A stretch of DNA of 34,046 bases from a virus (taxonomy: Duplodnaviria > Caudoviricetes), in the IMG/VR virus record IMGVR_UViG_3300043416_000072, positions 1-34,046 of that record. One strand, 5' to 3'. Both the position numbers and the translations under genes were made by a program. Positions 9,512-16,248 of this stretch are shown in pieces; position 1 is the first letter of the stretch; each line of letters begins with the position of its first letter. The notes under the pieces are model-generated. The model saw nothing but the letters and a program-made list of their open reading frames with translations, was not told where the DNA came from and ran no database searches.

Positions 9512-10125
9512 GTGACGAAAAGCTAAACGCAGACTCTACGCTCGACAAAATCCTTGGGTATGTTGACAGCCCATTCAAGTTGTTTGCAATCCTTGTGATG
9601 GGCGTTGTGGCCTTTGTAGGTTACTTCCTATGGCAGAACCAAGAGTTTATGCGAGATGCCTACAAAGAGTCAAAGAAGCTGCCAGAGATTAACACCAGTA
9701 GGGTGGATGAAACGTCAGCCATGCTGTTTAAAAAAACAGGTGCTGCAACGGTTGCTGTGTTCAAGGTCAACCCATTGTTTAACAGCCGAGTGCTGTACAA
9801 GGCATACACCAAGGATGGCCGCGACAAAAGCATTGAAGACATTGATGTCGGCCTGTTCTCACAGAACTCTGGCAACAACAACGATGTGATTTCCTTGATG
9901 ACCAACCAAATTCCTTGCAGTGAGTATCGCTACGCACAGTCAGAGGTTGGCCTTTGGTACATCGAAAAAGGCGTGGGTTTTACTTGTCGTGTCAGCGTAC
10001 CGCCAGACAGTCATCGCTTTGTGGGGCAGATCACAGTCGGCTGGCCTCAACAGCCTGAGAACCTTGAACAAGTGAAATTCATGCTGGAGATTGCCAGCGC
10101 CATGCTAACCAAAAGGGGAAACTAA
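9508..10125 (+). CDS. Putative T4 gpT-like holin (single TM plus periplasmic GAF-like domain)
   Basis: 205 aa with one N-terminal TM; motifs YKESK, AVFKVNP, GQITVGW and IASAML parallel the T4 T motifs as I recall them. Confidence 0.55.
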   Translation: MSDEKLNADSTLDKILGYVDSPFKLFAILVMGVVAFVGYFLWQNQEFMRDAYKESKKLPEINTSRVDETSAMLFKKTGAATVAVFKVNPLFNSRVLYKAYTKDGRDKSIEDIDVGLFSQNSGNNNDVISLMTNQIPCSEYRYAQSEVGLWYIEKGVGFTCRVSVPPDSHRFVGQITVGWPQQPENLEQVKFMLEIASAMLTKRGN

Positions 10126-10589
10126 TGAACCTGAGTGACCTGAATCCACTGGCTGCTATTGGCGGTAAGTTAATTGATCGTTTCTTGCCTGATCCAGCAG
10201 CAGCAGCGGCAGCAAAGCAAGAGCTAGATCAAATGAAGCAGAACGGCGAGTTGGCTCAAATGGCTAACGAAACCAAGCGGGTTGAGTTGGAAAATGAAAA
10301 CACCGACAGCGCTCGGGACATGAACGCCAAAATTCAGGAGTCTGCCGCAGCTTCATGGCTGGCAAAGAACACTGCTTATGCGCTAGACATTGGCATTGTT
10401 TCGGCCACCATCTTTTTGGCTTGGTTTGCTTTCATGAAAGGTGTACCAGATGCCAACAAGGAATTGGTGTACATGGCTCTTGGTTCACTGATAACCATGT
10501 CTGGAACCATCTTAAACTTTCACCGTGGAAGCTCTCAAGGCTCCAAAGACAAAGGTGGCGAAATCCAAAAACTAAAGGAAATGAAATGA
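10125..10589 (+). CDS. Holin-like membrane protein (GTA 3TM-holin-like)
   Basis: IGGKLIDRFLPDP N-terminus, DSAR motif, two TM segments, GSSQGSKDK tail; directly upstream of the endolysin. Confidence 0.7.
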   Translation: MNLSDLNPLAAIGGKLIDRFLPDPAAAAAAKQELDQMKQNGELAQMANETKRVELENENTDSARDMNAKIQESAAASWLAKNTAYALDIGIVSATIFLAWFAFMKGVPDANKELVYMALGSLITMSGTILNFHRGSSQGSKDKGGEIQKLKEMK

Positions 10590-11095
10590 GAGAGAACTTT
10601 GCTGAAGCGCTGCAAAAAGTCTTGCATCACGAAGGTGGTTTTGTGAATCATCCATCCGATCCGGGTGGCATGACAAACCTTGGCTGCACCAAAGCTGTCT
10701 GGGAAGAGCATTGCGGCCATCCAGTAGACGAGAAGGTCATGAGGGCATTGACACCGGCTGATGTGGCTCCGCTGTATAAGCGCAAGTATTGGGACAAGAT
10801 AAAAGGCGATGAACTGCCTGCTGGCGTTGACTATGTAGTGTTTGATTGCGCCATCAACAGTGGCCCCGGACGCGCTGCCAAGATGTTGCAAGCATGTGTA
10901 GGCGTTGAGCCTGATGGCGGGATTGGCCCTAAGACATTGGCGGCAGTGAGTGCCATTGTTCCAAAGGATTTGGTTCAAGACTACTCAAAGCGCCGTCTGT
11001 CGTTCTTGATGGACTTGCCTACTTGGGGTACGTTCGGCAAGGGTTGGGGCCGCAGGGTTGCGGAAGTTCAAGCAACTGGCTTGGACATGGCTTAA
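10586..11095 (+). CDS. Endolysin, glycoside hydrolase family 108 with C-terminal peptidoglycan-binding domain
   Basis: HEGGFVNHPSDPGGMTNLG, FDCAINSG, DGGIGPKTL and FGKGWGRR motifs; start re-assigned to ATG 10586 (ATGA overlap, SD AAGGA). Confidence 0.93.
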   Translation: MRENFAEALQKVLHHEGGFVNHPSDPGGMTNLGCTKAVWEEHCGHPVDEKVMRALTPADVAPLYKRKYWDKIKGDELPAGVDYVVFDCAINSGPGRAAKMLQACVGVEPDGGIGPKTLAAVSAIVPKDLVQDYSKRRLSFLMDLPTWGTFGKGWGRRVAEVQATGLDMA

Positions 11096-11364
11096 CGCTC
11101 AATACCCTGTAGACGATCTGCGACAAGTTGGGCATAGCCAGCAATGTCAATCCAACTGTCTGCATAGTCTGGATCGCCATTAACAATACGCGCAATCTTG
11201 TGGCAAATCATGTCTAACGCCTCTCGTTGGTCGTCTTCAACAACACCTTTGCGGTTGCTCAAAGCATCTGCAACAACATACTTTAGTCGTTGTGATATTT
11301 CGGCGTGGTTTTTAAACTTACCATAACGCTTGCCTCGCTCATTAAGGATTTCGTGAATCATCAC
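11092..11364 (-). CDS. DUF6378-like protein
   Basis: ERGKRYG...KIARIVNGD...DSWIDIAGYA motifs. Confidence 0.8.
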   Translation of the reverse strand: MMIHEILNERGKRYGKFKNHAEISQRLKYVVADALSNRKGVVEDDQREALDMICHKIARIVNGDPDYADSWIDIAGYAQLVADRLQGIER

Positions 11365-11666
11365 GACTCCTTTACAAACACGCCATTGGGCATCAATGTA
11401 CCTTTACGGTCTTTGATTTCGCTGTACGCCGACTCAATGCAACTCACAAGATTGATGTCCAACAAGGCGCAATAGTTGACCAGGCAAACCATCACATCAC
11501 CAACGCCATCAATGATGCCTGCGCGGTCTTTCTTGATGGTTGCGTCTGCCAGTTCACCAAACTCAGACATGGCTTTGAGAAGTTGTGTATCAGGGGTAGA
11601 GTTAGGAATAATCTTCCTAGCCTCTGACCACTGAATAATTTTCATTTCAACGTCTGCGTAACTCAT
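11361..11666 (-). CDS. mazG: MazG-like nucleotide pyrophosphohydrolase
   Basis: QLLKAMSEFGELADA...IIDGVGDVMV...AYSEIKDRKG all-alpha NTP-PPase motifs. Confidence 0.85.
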   Translation of the reverse strand: MSYADVEMKIIQWSEARKIIPNSTPDTQLLKAMSEFGELADATIKKDRAGIIDGVGDVMVCLVNYCALLDINLVSCIESAYSEIKDRKGTLMPNGVFVKES

Positions 11667-11827
11667 TAGTCAGTACCGCCAACTTGCATCACTTCAGGCT
11701 CTGCTTCTTGTTCTTTGAACTGCTGGACAAGTTTTTGGTGCAATGGGTATGCGCCTGATTCTGTTGGCAATTGTCCAATTACACGGACAATAAAAGCGGC
11801 TTCGTTTGGTTCAAGGTTAAATGTCAT
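11666..11827 (-). CDS. 53-aa hypothetical protein; not in ORF track
   Basis: MTFNLEPNEAAFIVRVIGQLPTESGAYPLHQKLVQQFKEQEAEPEVMQVGGTD; TAATG-coupled to the MazG-like gene. Confidence 0.7.
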   Translation of the reverse strand: MTFNLEPNEAAFIVRVIGQLPTESGAYPLHQKLVQQFKEQEAEPEVMQVGGTD

Positions 11828-11859
11828 TTGTTTCTTTCAGTTAAAGGTTTGTAAAGTAT

Positions 11860-12237
11860 TTAGCGAATTTCAATATCTGGAATGATGGTTGAAGGTTTAA
11901 ACACAACACGGTAGAAACTTGCGCTGACGTTTTTTGCTTCAAGCTGCTCAACGAAAAACGTAACGTTGTCTGATAGGCCAAGGAAATGCTTTTTGTAAAC
12001 ACCGGGGCCAGTCTTGCAAGTAACGGAGAGGTAGCCAGCTTTGTCGTTGTTGCCTAAGCTACAGTAGCCTTCAATAGACAGCATATAGTCGTTTGTGATG
12101 CCGTTATAAAAAATCACACGCCTTGCAACTTCAAAGTTGTCGGCGGCTTTGGATACGTTGCGTGAAGCAACATCCGCGTCTGATTGGCATCCAGCAAGTG
12201 CTGTAACTGCCAGCATTGTTGCGATTAGTTTTTTCAT
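11860..12237 (-). CDS. Phage lipoprotein (beta-rich)
   Basis: MKK plus hydrophobic stretch plus LAGC lipobox. Confidence 0.8.
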   Translation of the reverse strand: MKKLIATMLAVTALAGCQSDADVASRNVSKAADNFEVARRVIFYNGITNDYMLSIEGYCSLGNNDKAGYLSVTCKTGPGVYKKHFLGLSDNVTFFVEQLEAKNVSASFYRVVFKPSTIIPDIEIR

Positions 12238-12255
12238 GGTTTTTCTTTAAAAGGT

Positions 12256-12323
12256 GGGGCTTACTCGCTGCACTGTTGCGCTCCACCGGGAATCCCCAGA
12301 AGACAGCATCCGCTTTCAGCCCC
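12256..12323 (-). ncRNA. Candidate structured intergenic RNA with a loop-E/sarcin-ricin-like module
   Basis: Minus strand: GGGGCU/AGCCCC stem, GAA opposite AGUA, CUGU/ACAG stem, apical CUGGG-GAUU-CCCGG hairpin. Confidence 0.55.
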
Positions 12324-12328
12324 GTTAA

Positions 12329-12544
12329 TCAATATTCCATTGCTTGACGAATATCCCGAATTCGCATCTTCAACAATGGCGCAAGTTCTTCTTTACTTTG
12401 CTTCAACCTAACAAGCTCAGCCTCGTAATAACGAATCTTCTCGTCAATGTTGTCTTCCACTGTTGGGTTATGGTCAACACGTTGCACACCAAGTTGCGCT
12501 CCGTACATTGCTCGTTTTTGTTCTACTGCGTATGCTTCATTCAT
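12329..12544 (-). CDS. Hypothetical protein (coiled coil)
   Basis: Start re-assigned to MNEAYAV after SD GGAG. Confidence 0.65.
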   Translation of the reverse strand: MNEAYAVEQKRAMYGAQLGVQRVDHNPTVEDNIDEKIRYYEAELVRLKQSKEELAPLLKMRIRDIRQAMEY

Positions 12545-12557
12545 AATTTTCTCCACG

Positions 12558-12815
12558 TTAAAAAGGTACGTCATCACCCATATCATCAAACCCGCTTGAT
12601 TTGGGCTTTGGAGCCTGTTTAACGGGCGCTGCGTCCTTGGGCTTGACCGACAGACTCATAAACTTTTTACCCGTCTTCTCGCTCGTTTTAAGCCATCCTG
12701 ACACCCACAAGTCAACGCCATTGACGTTCAGACTTCCTTTGTAATCAGGGTGGTTGTCTTGCTGCTTGTCATCATTCTTAAAAATTGCGCCTCGATTTGA
12801 ATTGTCGTACTGCAT
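12558..12815 (-). CDS. Small ssDNA-binding-like protein with acidic DDVPF tail
   Basis: HPDYKG...LWVSGW core and SSB-type C-terminus FDDMGDDVPF; adjacent to ERF. Confidence 0.7.
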   Translation of the reverse strand: MQYDNSNRGAIFKNDDKQQDNHPDYKGSLNVNGVDLWVSGWLKTSEKTGKKFMSLSVKPKDAAPVKQAPKPKSSGFDDMGDDVPF

Positions 12816-12817
12816 GG

Positions 12818-13423
12818 TTATTCCTTTGCTTTCTTGATTTCACTTCTTACTTTGCTTGGAAGCATTGACCACAAAGCTACTTTTTGTTCTGCTTCTAGGT
12901 TCTCCGCTTCCATCCTTTCAAGACCTTGTTTTCCGTCCAAGGTCATGATTTCGTGTGCCAACTCTTGCAAGTATTTTTGCTCTTCTGGAGGCAAAGAATC
13001 AGCAATGCCTTGCGCTGGCGTGATAACTACTTTATTTTTTTCTTCAACTGGCTTAGACGAATCAATTGCGTCATGTTCAATGATCTCAAGTGCTGCAACC
13101 CACAAGTATCGGCGCAAGTATGTTTGCACAGCGCCAAGGTTTTGCACTGGATGACAGCCCTTCAGATTCGCTTCAGACATTGGGCTAGTGATTGTAATTG
13201 TCTCTGATGGCTCATCAATGTTAATGATGGTCATTGTTGCTGTTTCCGGCGAAAAGCTAATAACGCTCACAAGCCGAACACGGCTAAACACTTCAATTGC
13301 AGGAACAACAAAGTCAGCCAGTTCAAAGTATTTGTAGCCTGCAAACTTGTTATGGCCTGATTTCTTCAGTTCAACTTTGTGAAACTCGCTACGAGCCATG
13401 TTGAGTTTTTGATACACATTCAT
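12818..13423 (-). CDS. erf: ERF-family single-strand annealing protein
   Basis: KSGHNKFAGYKYFELAD and QNLGAVQTYLRRY motifs; start re-assigned to MNVYQKL with SD AAGGA. Confidence 0.88.
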   Translation of the reverse strand: MNVYQKLNMARSEFHKVELKKSGHNKFAGYKYFELADFVVPAIEVFSRVRLVSVISFSPETATMTIINIDEPSETITITSPMSEANLKGCHPVQNLGAVQTYLRRYLWVAALEIIEHDAIDSSKPVEEKNKVVITPAQGIADSLPPEEQKYLQELAHEIMTLDGKQGLERMEAENLEAEQKVALWSMLPSKVRSEIKKAKE

Positions 13424-13545
13424 TTTGATTCCTTGGTTTGTTGTGGTGGGTATGGAATGTTCAGAGCCTTGCAAAGTTCTTCCATCTTTAGCCAAGCTGT
13501 TGGTGACTCCATTCCAATAGCGTACAGATCGTTTTCAGTAATCAT
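13420..13545 (-). CDS. 41-aa hypothetical protein; not in ORF track
   Basis: MITENDLYAIGMESPTAWLKMEELCKALNIPYPPQQTKESK; ATGA overlaps on both sides. Confidence 0.6.
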   Translation of the reverse strand: MITENDLYAIGMESPTAWLKMEELCKALNIPYPPQQTKESK

Positions 13546-13694
13546 TTGCGCTCTACCTTTGTTGCAAGAAGCCACTTGTCGCCAAGAAAGCGGATTGACT
13601 TAACCCACTGGCGGCAGTTGTGGCGTTGTGTGCTTGCTGGCACACCGTTGACACAGAATAAGCTGCGTACTTGTTTGAGGGCTTGTGTGTTCAT
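13542..13694 (-). CDS. 50-aa basic hypothetical protein, first gene of the leftward operon; not in ORF track
   Basis: MNTQALKQVRSLFCVNGVPASTQRHNCRQWVKSIRFLGDKWLLATKVERK; strong SD AAGGAG. Confidence 0.7.
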   Translation of the reverse strand: MNTQALKQVRSLFCVNGVPASTQRHNCRQWVKSIRFLGDKWLLATKVERK

Positions 13695-13799
13695 GAACTC
13701 TCCTTGTGTTGTTGAGCCTCTATCTTATGGCTCCGCAACAAAAAAAACATTAGTACAAACCCGTATAGACACATCATTTTTTTGATGTAATCTTGCGGC
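13695..13799. promoter_or_regulatory. Divergent early promoter region with 15-bp box A (TAGTACAAACCCGTA, 13751-13765)
   Basis: Strand switch point. Leftward -10 TAAGAT at 13722-13727; rightward TAGACA at 13766 and TAATCT at 13788; the box recurs at 18547 and 22796. Confidence 0.7.
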
Positions 13800-13982
13800 A
13801 TGAACCAACACGACAAAGACGAGTACGCGGCCAGTGAAGCATTGCTAGACTATGCAACAACACTTGTTACGCAGTACACAAACCATCCAGGCGACATTGA
13901 TGCGGCCACCAAAGCCCTATTGATTGTCGCTCTTGAAAACGCTTTTAACAGGAGAATCTACATTGAGCAAATCATTCGCTAA
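13800..13982 (+). CDS. Hypothetical protein, first rightward gene (possibly leaderless)
   Basis: 60-aa ORF with no SD; ATG lies 7 nt after TAATCT. Confidence 0.6.
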   Translation: MNQHDKDEYAASEALLDYATTLVTQYTNHPGDIDAATKALLIVALENAFNRRIYIEQIIR

Positions 13983-14376
13983 GTTGTACTACTTGGAGCA
14001 ACTGGCCTTGAAACCAGACCACCACCGCCGGATCGCTAACCGCTTGACAGAGCGTTTTGATGTCAGTGCGGCTGAAGTCAAAGACGAGCTACTCAAGGAC
14101 GGTTACATCAAGCTGGATAAGGTTGTTGAAAAAGGCAACACTGGCAAGAACAACTACTACTACGTCTTGACTGGTAAAAAGTTCTTGTGTGATGACAAAC
14201 CTGTCACCCTCAACAGCTACTGGCCTTGCGGAACAAGGAAGTCAACAGGTAACGCCTTTGACCTTTCTACGGCCAAAGGATTGTTTACTAAGTCAGAGTT
14301 GGCGGCTGCGTCCTACAAGGGTTCGCCATTGAACTACAACACACAAGTGCAAGTGATTACATATTCAAGGGCGTAA
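13963..14376 (+). CDS. Hypothetical protein, winged-helix-like N-terminus
   Basis: TTG start after SD AGGAG; ELLKDGYIKL...YYYVLT wing-like pattern. Confidence 0.55.
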   Translation: MSKSFAKLYYLEQLALKPDHHRRIANRLTERFDVSAAEVKDELLKDGYIKLDKVVEKGNTGKNNYYYVLTGKKFLCDDKPVTLNSYWPCGTRKSTGNAFDLSTAKGLFTKSELAAASYKGSPLNYNTQVQVITYSRA

Positions 14377-14378
14377 AA

Positions 14379-14648
14379 ATGAGCAACACAAACACAGGCG
14401 GGCCAGCGTTTCCAGTGCCTGACATTGATGGAAGCGCCGTGTCTGAAGGCATGACCCTGCGTGACTACTTTGCAGCTAAGGCAAGTGAGGGCGACATTTT
14501 AGAACATAGCCAAAAAGGGTTTATAGAGGAATACGTATTTTACCTTAGGAATGGCCGCAAGGAATTGCGAAATCGTGAAGCGCGGTGGACGCGAGAGCAA
14601 TCCAAGTACAGATATGCTGATGCCATGCTGAAAGCGCGAGAAGCATGA
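14379..14648 (+). CDS. Phage hypothetical protein (GGPAFP...GMTLRDYFAAKA family)
   Basis: Conserved TGGPAFP, GMTLRDYFAAKA and ADAMLKAR motifs. Confidence 0.8.
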   Translation: MSNTNTGGPAFPVPDIDGSAVSEGMTLRDYFAAKASEGDILEHSQKGFIEEYVFYLRNGRKELRNREARWTREQSKYRYADAMLKAREA

Positions 14649-14836
14649 AATACATCACAGACGAACTAAGCCAATGCACTGGCAAGGACAAGCTGCCTAC
14701 AAGGGAGCTTGCCCAGGTGATTGTTGGTAGACGCAGGGATAATCCACTAGAGGCATACAACTGCCCTCACTGCCATTACTGGCACGTTGGTCACGCACAA
14801 CCAAAGAAGCAAGTTTTTTCACGTTCACCAAAGTAA
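14645..14836 (+). CDS. Small zinc-finger-like protein
   Basis: CTGK...AYNCPHCHYWHVGH motif; ATGA coupling. Confidence 0.7.
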   Translation: MKYITDELSQCTGKDKLPTRELAQVIVGRRRDNPLEAYNCPHCHYWHVGHAQPKKQVFSRSPK

Positions 14837-14846
14837 GGAGAGTCAA

Positions 14847-15071
14847 ATGTTAACAATCTGGCAAAAGAAACCCGTGGGCCAAATGGCTCGATTGAAGCAC
14901 CTGCTGGCCCTCAAAGAAGGCACTACAGCGGCTGAGATTGCACGGTACTTACCAACTACATCACCGCACAGCAAGATGGCTCGTTTGATTCGCCAAAGTA
15001 TGTGGACAATCGTTAAGAAAGACAACGGCAACGGAACCAAACAATATTTTGGAACTCCTCCAAAGAAGTGA
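14847..15071 (+). CDS. Small winged-HTH-like protein
   Basis: SD AAGGAG then ATG 14847; GTTAAEIARYL...HSKMARL pattern. Confidence 0.6.
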   Translation: MLTIWQKKPVGQMARLKHLLALKEGTTAAEIARYLPTTSPHSKMARLIRQSMWTIVKKDNGNGTKQYFGTPPKK

Positions 15072-15077
15072 TATAGT
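15069..15077 (+). promoter_or_regulatory. Extended -10 promoter TG-A-TATAGT
   Basis: TGnTATAGT places +1 near 15084, at the base of the leader hairpin. Confidence 0.55.
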
Positions 15078-15084
15078 TTAGTCA

Positions 15085-15186
15085 GACGGTTTAGGTGTGG
15101 CGTGTACGAGACGCTGATACATCTAAGCCGTCACAGGCTGACCCCTGAATTTTGGCGCTCGTACCGCTGGAGTTCAGGGGTTTTTT
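15085..15186 (+). ncRNA. Two-hairpin leader RNA with complementary (kissing) loops upstream of the replication initiator
   Basis: Hairpin 1 at 15085-15132 with loop GTACGAG; hairpin 2 at 15141-15181 with loop CTCGTAC; several G-U pairs fix the strand as +. Confidence 0.75.
15141..15186 (+). terminator. Intrinsic terminator/attenuator before the replication gene
   Basis: 17-bp stem ACCCCTGAATTTTGGCG/CGCTGGAGTTCAGGGGT with a T run at 15181-15186. Confidence 0.7.
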
Positions 15187-15199
15187 ATTGGAGATTTGA

Positions 15200-16027
15200 A
15201 TGGCTCGAATCAGGACAGTTAAGCCTGAGCTGTTTCGTCATGAAACACTTTATGAGGCTGAGATAAAAACTGGATTGCCTTTGCGTCTTGCATACATTGG
15301 CTTGTTTACGGCCTGCGACAGGGAGGGGCGTTTTAAGTGGAAGCCAAGAGCATTGAAGTTAGATGTTCTTCCATACGATCAAGTTGACTTTTCACGCGTG
15401 CTTGACGCGTTAGTCACGCATGGGTTTATCATCAAGTACGAGTTTCAAGGCGATAAATTTGGTTGTATTCCAACTTGGGCGCAGCATCAAGTTATAAATA
15501 ACCGTGAATCCACCTCTTTGCTGCCTTCTCTTGATGAATCAACAACTTGCACGTGTGACACACGCGTGGATGACGCGTTGACCACGCCACTTGTGCATAC
15601 TCAAGTGGAAGGGAAGGGAAGGGAAGGGAAAAGGAAAGGGAATAAGGAAAGCGCGATTGTGACGCGACCTGAGTTTGTTAATGAGCAAATTTGGAATGAT
15701 TGGCTTGTAATCAGGAAGAAGAAAGATGCGCCATTAACTCAAACCGCTTGGGAGCTATTTACAAACCAAGTCAATAAAGCTGGCTGGACTCTTGAGGATG
15801 CAATTAAAGAGTGCTGTTTGCGTACATGGGCCAGTTTTAAGGCCGATTGGGTAGCGCCCAAACAATCCTTTGCCCAGCAAGCTGCTGACGTTGCCCGAAC
15901 AACAGTCCCCGCCCAGAACACTGGCCCTGACCCTGTGCTTATCAAGATTGAGCAAGACCGCCAAAAAGCAGCGCCTATGCCTGACCACATTCGCCAACAA
16001 ATTAAATCTGTATTGAGAAAAGTATGA
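15200..16027 (+). CDS. Phage replication initiator (lambda O-like replisome organiser)
   Basis: MARIRTVKPELF start, CDREGRF, internal repeat region, C-terminal WNDWLVIRKKK...W..FKADW. Confidence 0.85.
   Translation: MARIRTVKPELFRHETLYEAEIKTGLPLRLAYIGLFTACDREGRFKWKPRALKLDVLPYDQVDFSRVLDALVTHGFIIKYEFQGDKFGCIPTWAQHQVINNRESTSLLPSLDESTTCTCDTRVDDALTTPLVHTQVEGKGREGKRKGNKESAIVTRPEFVNEQIWNDWLVIRKKKDAPLTQTAWELFTNQVNKAGWTLEDAIKECCLRTWASFKADWVAPKQSFAQQAADVARTTVPAQNTGPDPVLIKIEQDRQKAAPMPDHIRQQIKSVLRKV
15393..15650. repeat. Putative replication origin: 11-bp-periodic ACGCGT-type iterons plus a purine tract of GGGAA repeats
   Basis: Octamers at 15393, 15404, 15415 and 15550, 15561, 15572, 15583; (GGGAA)4 at 15611-15630. 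Confidence 0.7.
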
Positions 16028-16248
16028 ACGAAGCAATGAAACAAGCGTGGTTGCAAATCAGCGCCATGATGGAAAATCCTGATACAACCGAACTGGACAT
16101 TTTTCTACGTACTTGGCAACTTGCTATGAAAGCCGAACGGGAAGAATGTGCTTTACTGGTAGAGGAAAACGTGCAAGAGTGCAACGGGCCAATGGGATTT
16201 GTTTTGCAGTCAAATGCTGACGCTATCCGTGCAAGAGGTCAGCAATGA
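16024..16248 (+). CDS. Hypothetical protein (EREECA...AIRARG module)
   Basis: 74 aa, ATGA-coupled. Confidence 0.7.
   Translation: MNEAMKQAWLQISAMMENPDTTELDIFLRTWQLAMKAEREECALLVEENVQECNGPMGFVLQSNADAIRARGQQ

Noticed and set aside
10355-10585. N-terminal extension of the endolysin given in the ORF track
   Set aside because: It overlaps the holin-like gene in another frame; the GH108 motif begins just after ATG 10586, which has an SD and ATGA coupling.
12240-12330. tRNA or known self-cleaving ribozyme in this intergenic region
   Set aside because: No cloverleaf or T-loop GTTCRA, and no hammerhead CUGAUGA core; reported only as an unassigned structured RNA.
16081-16100. CAACC-GAACT-GGA as a fourth copy of the RNA motif
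   Set aside because: The pair closing the lower stem is an A-C mismatch, and the site is mid-gene in the early operon.
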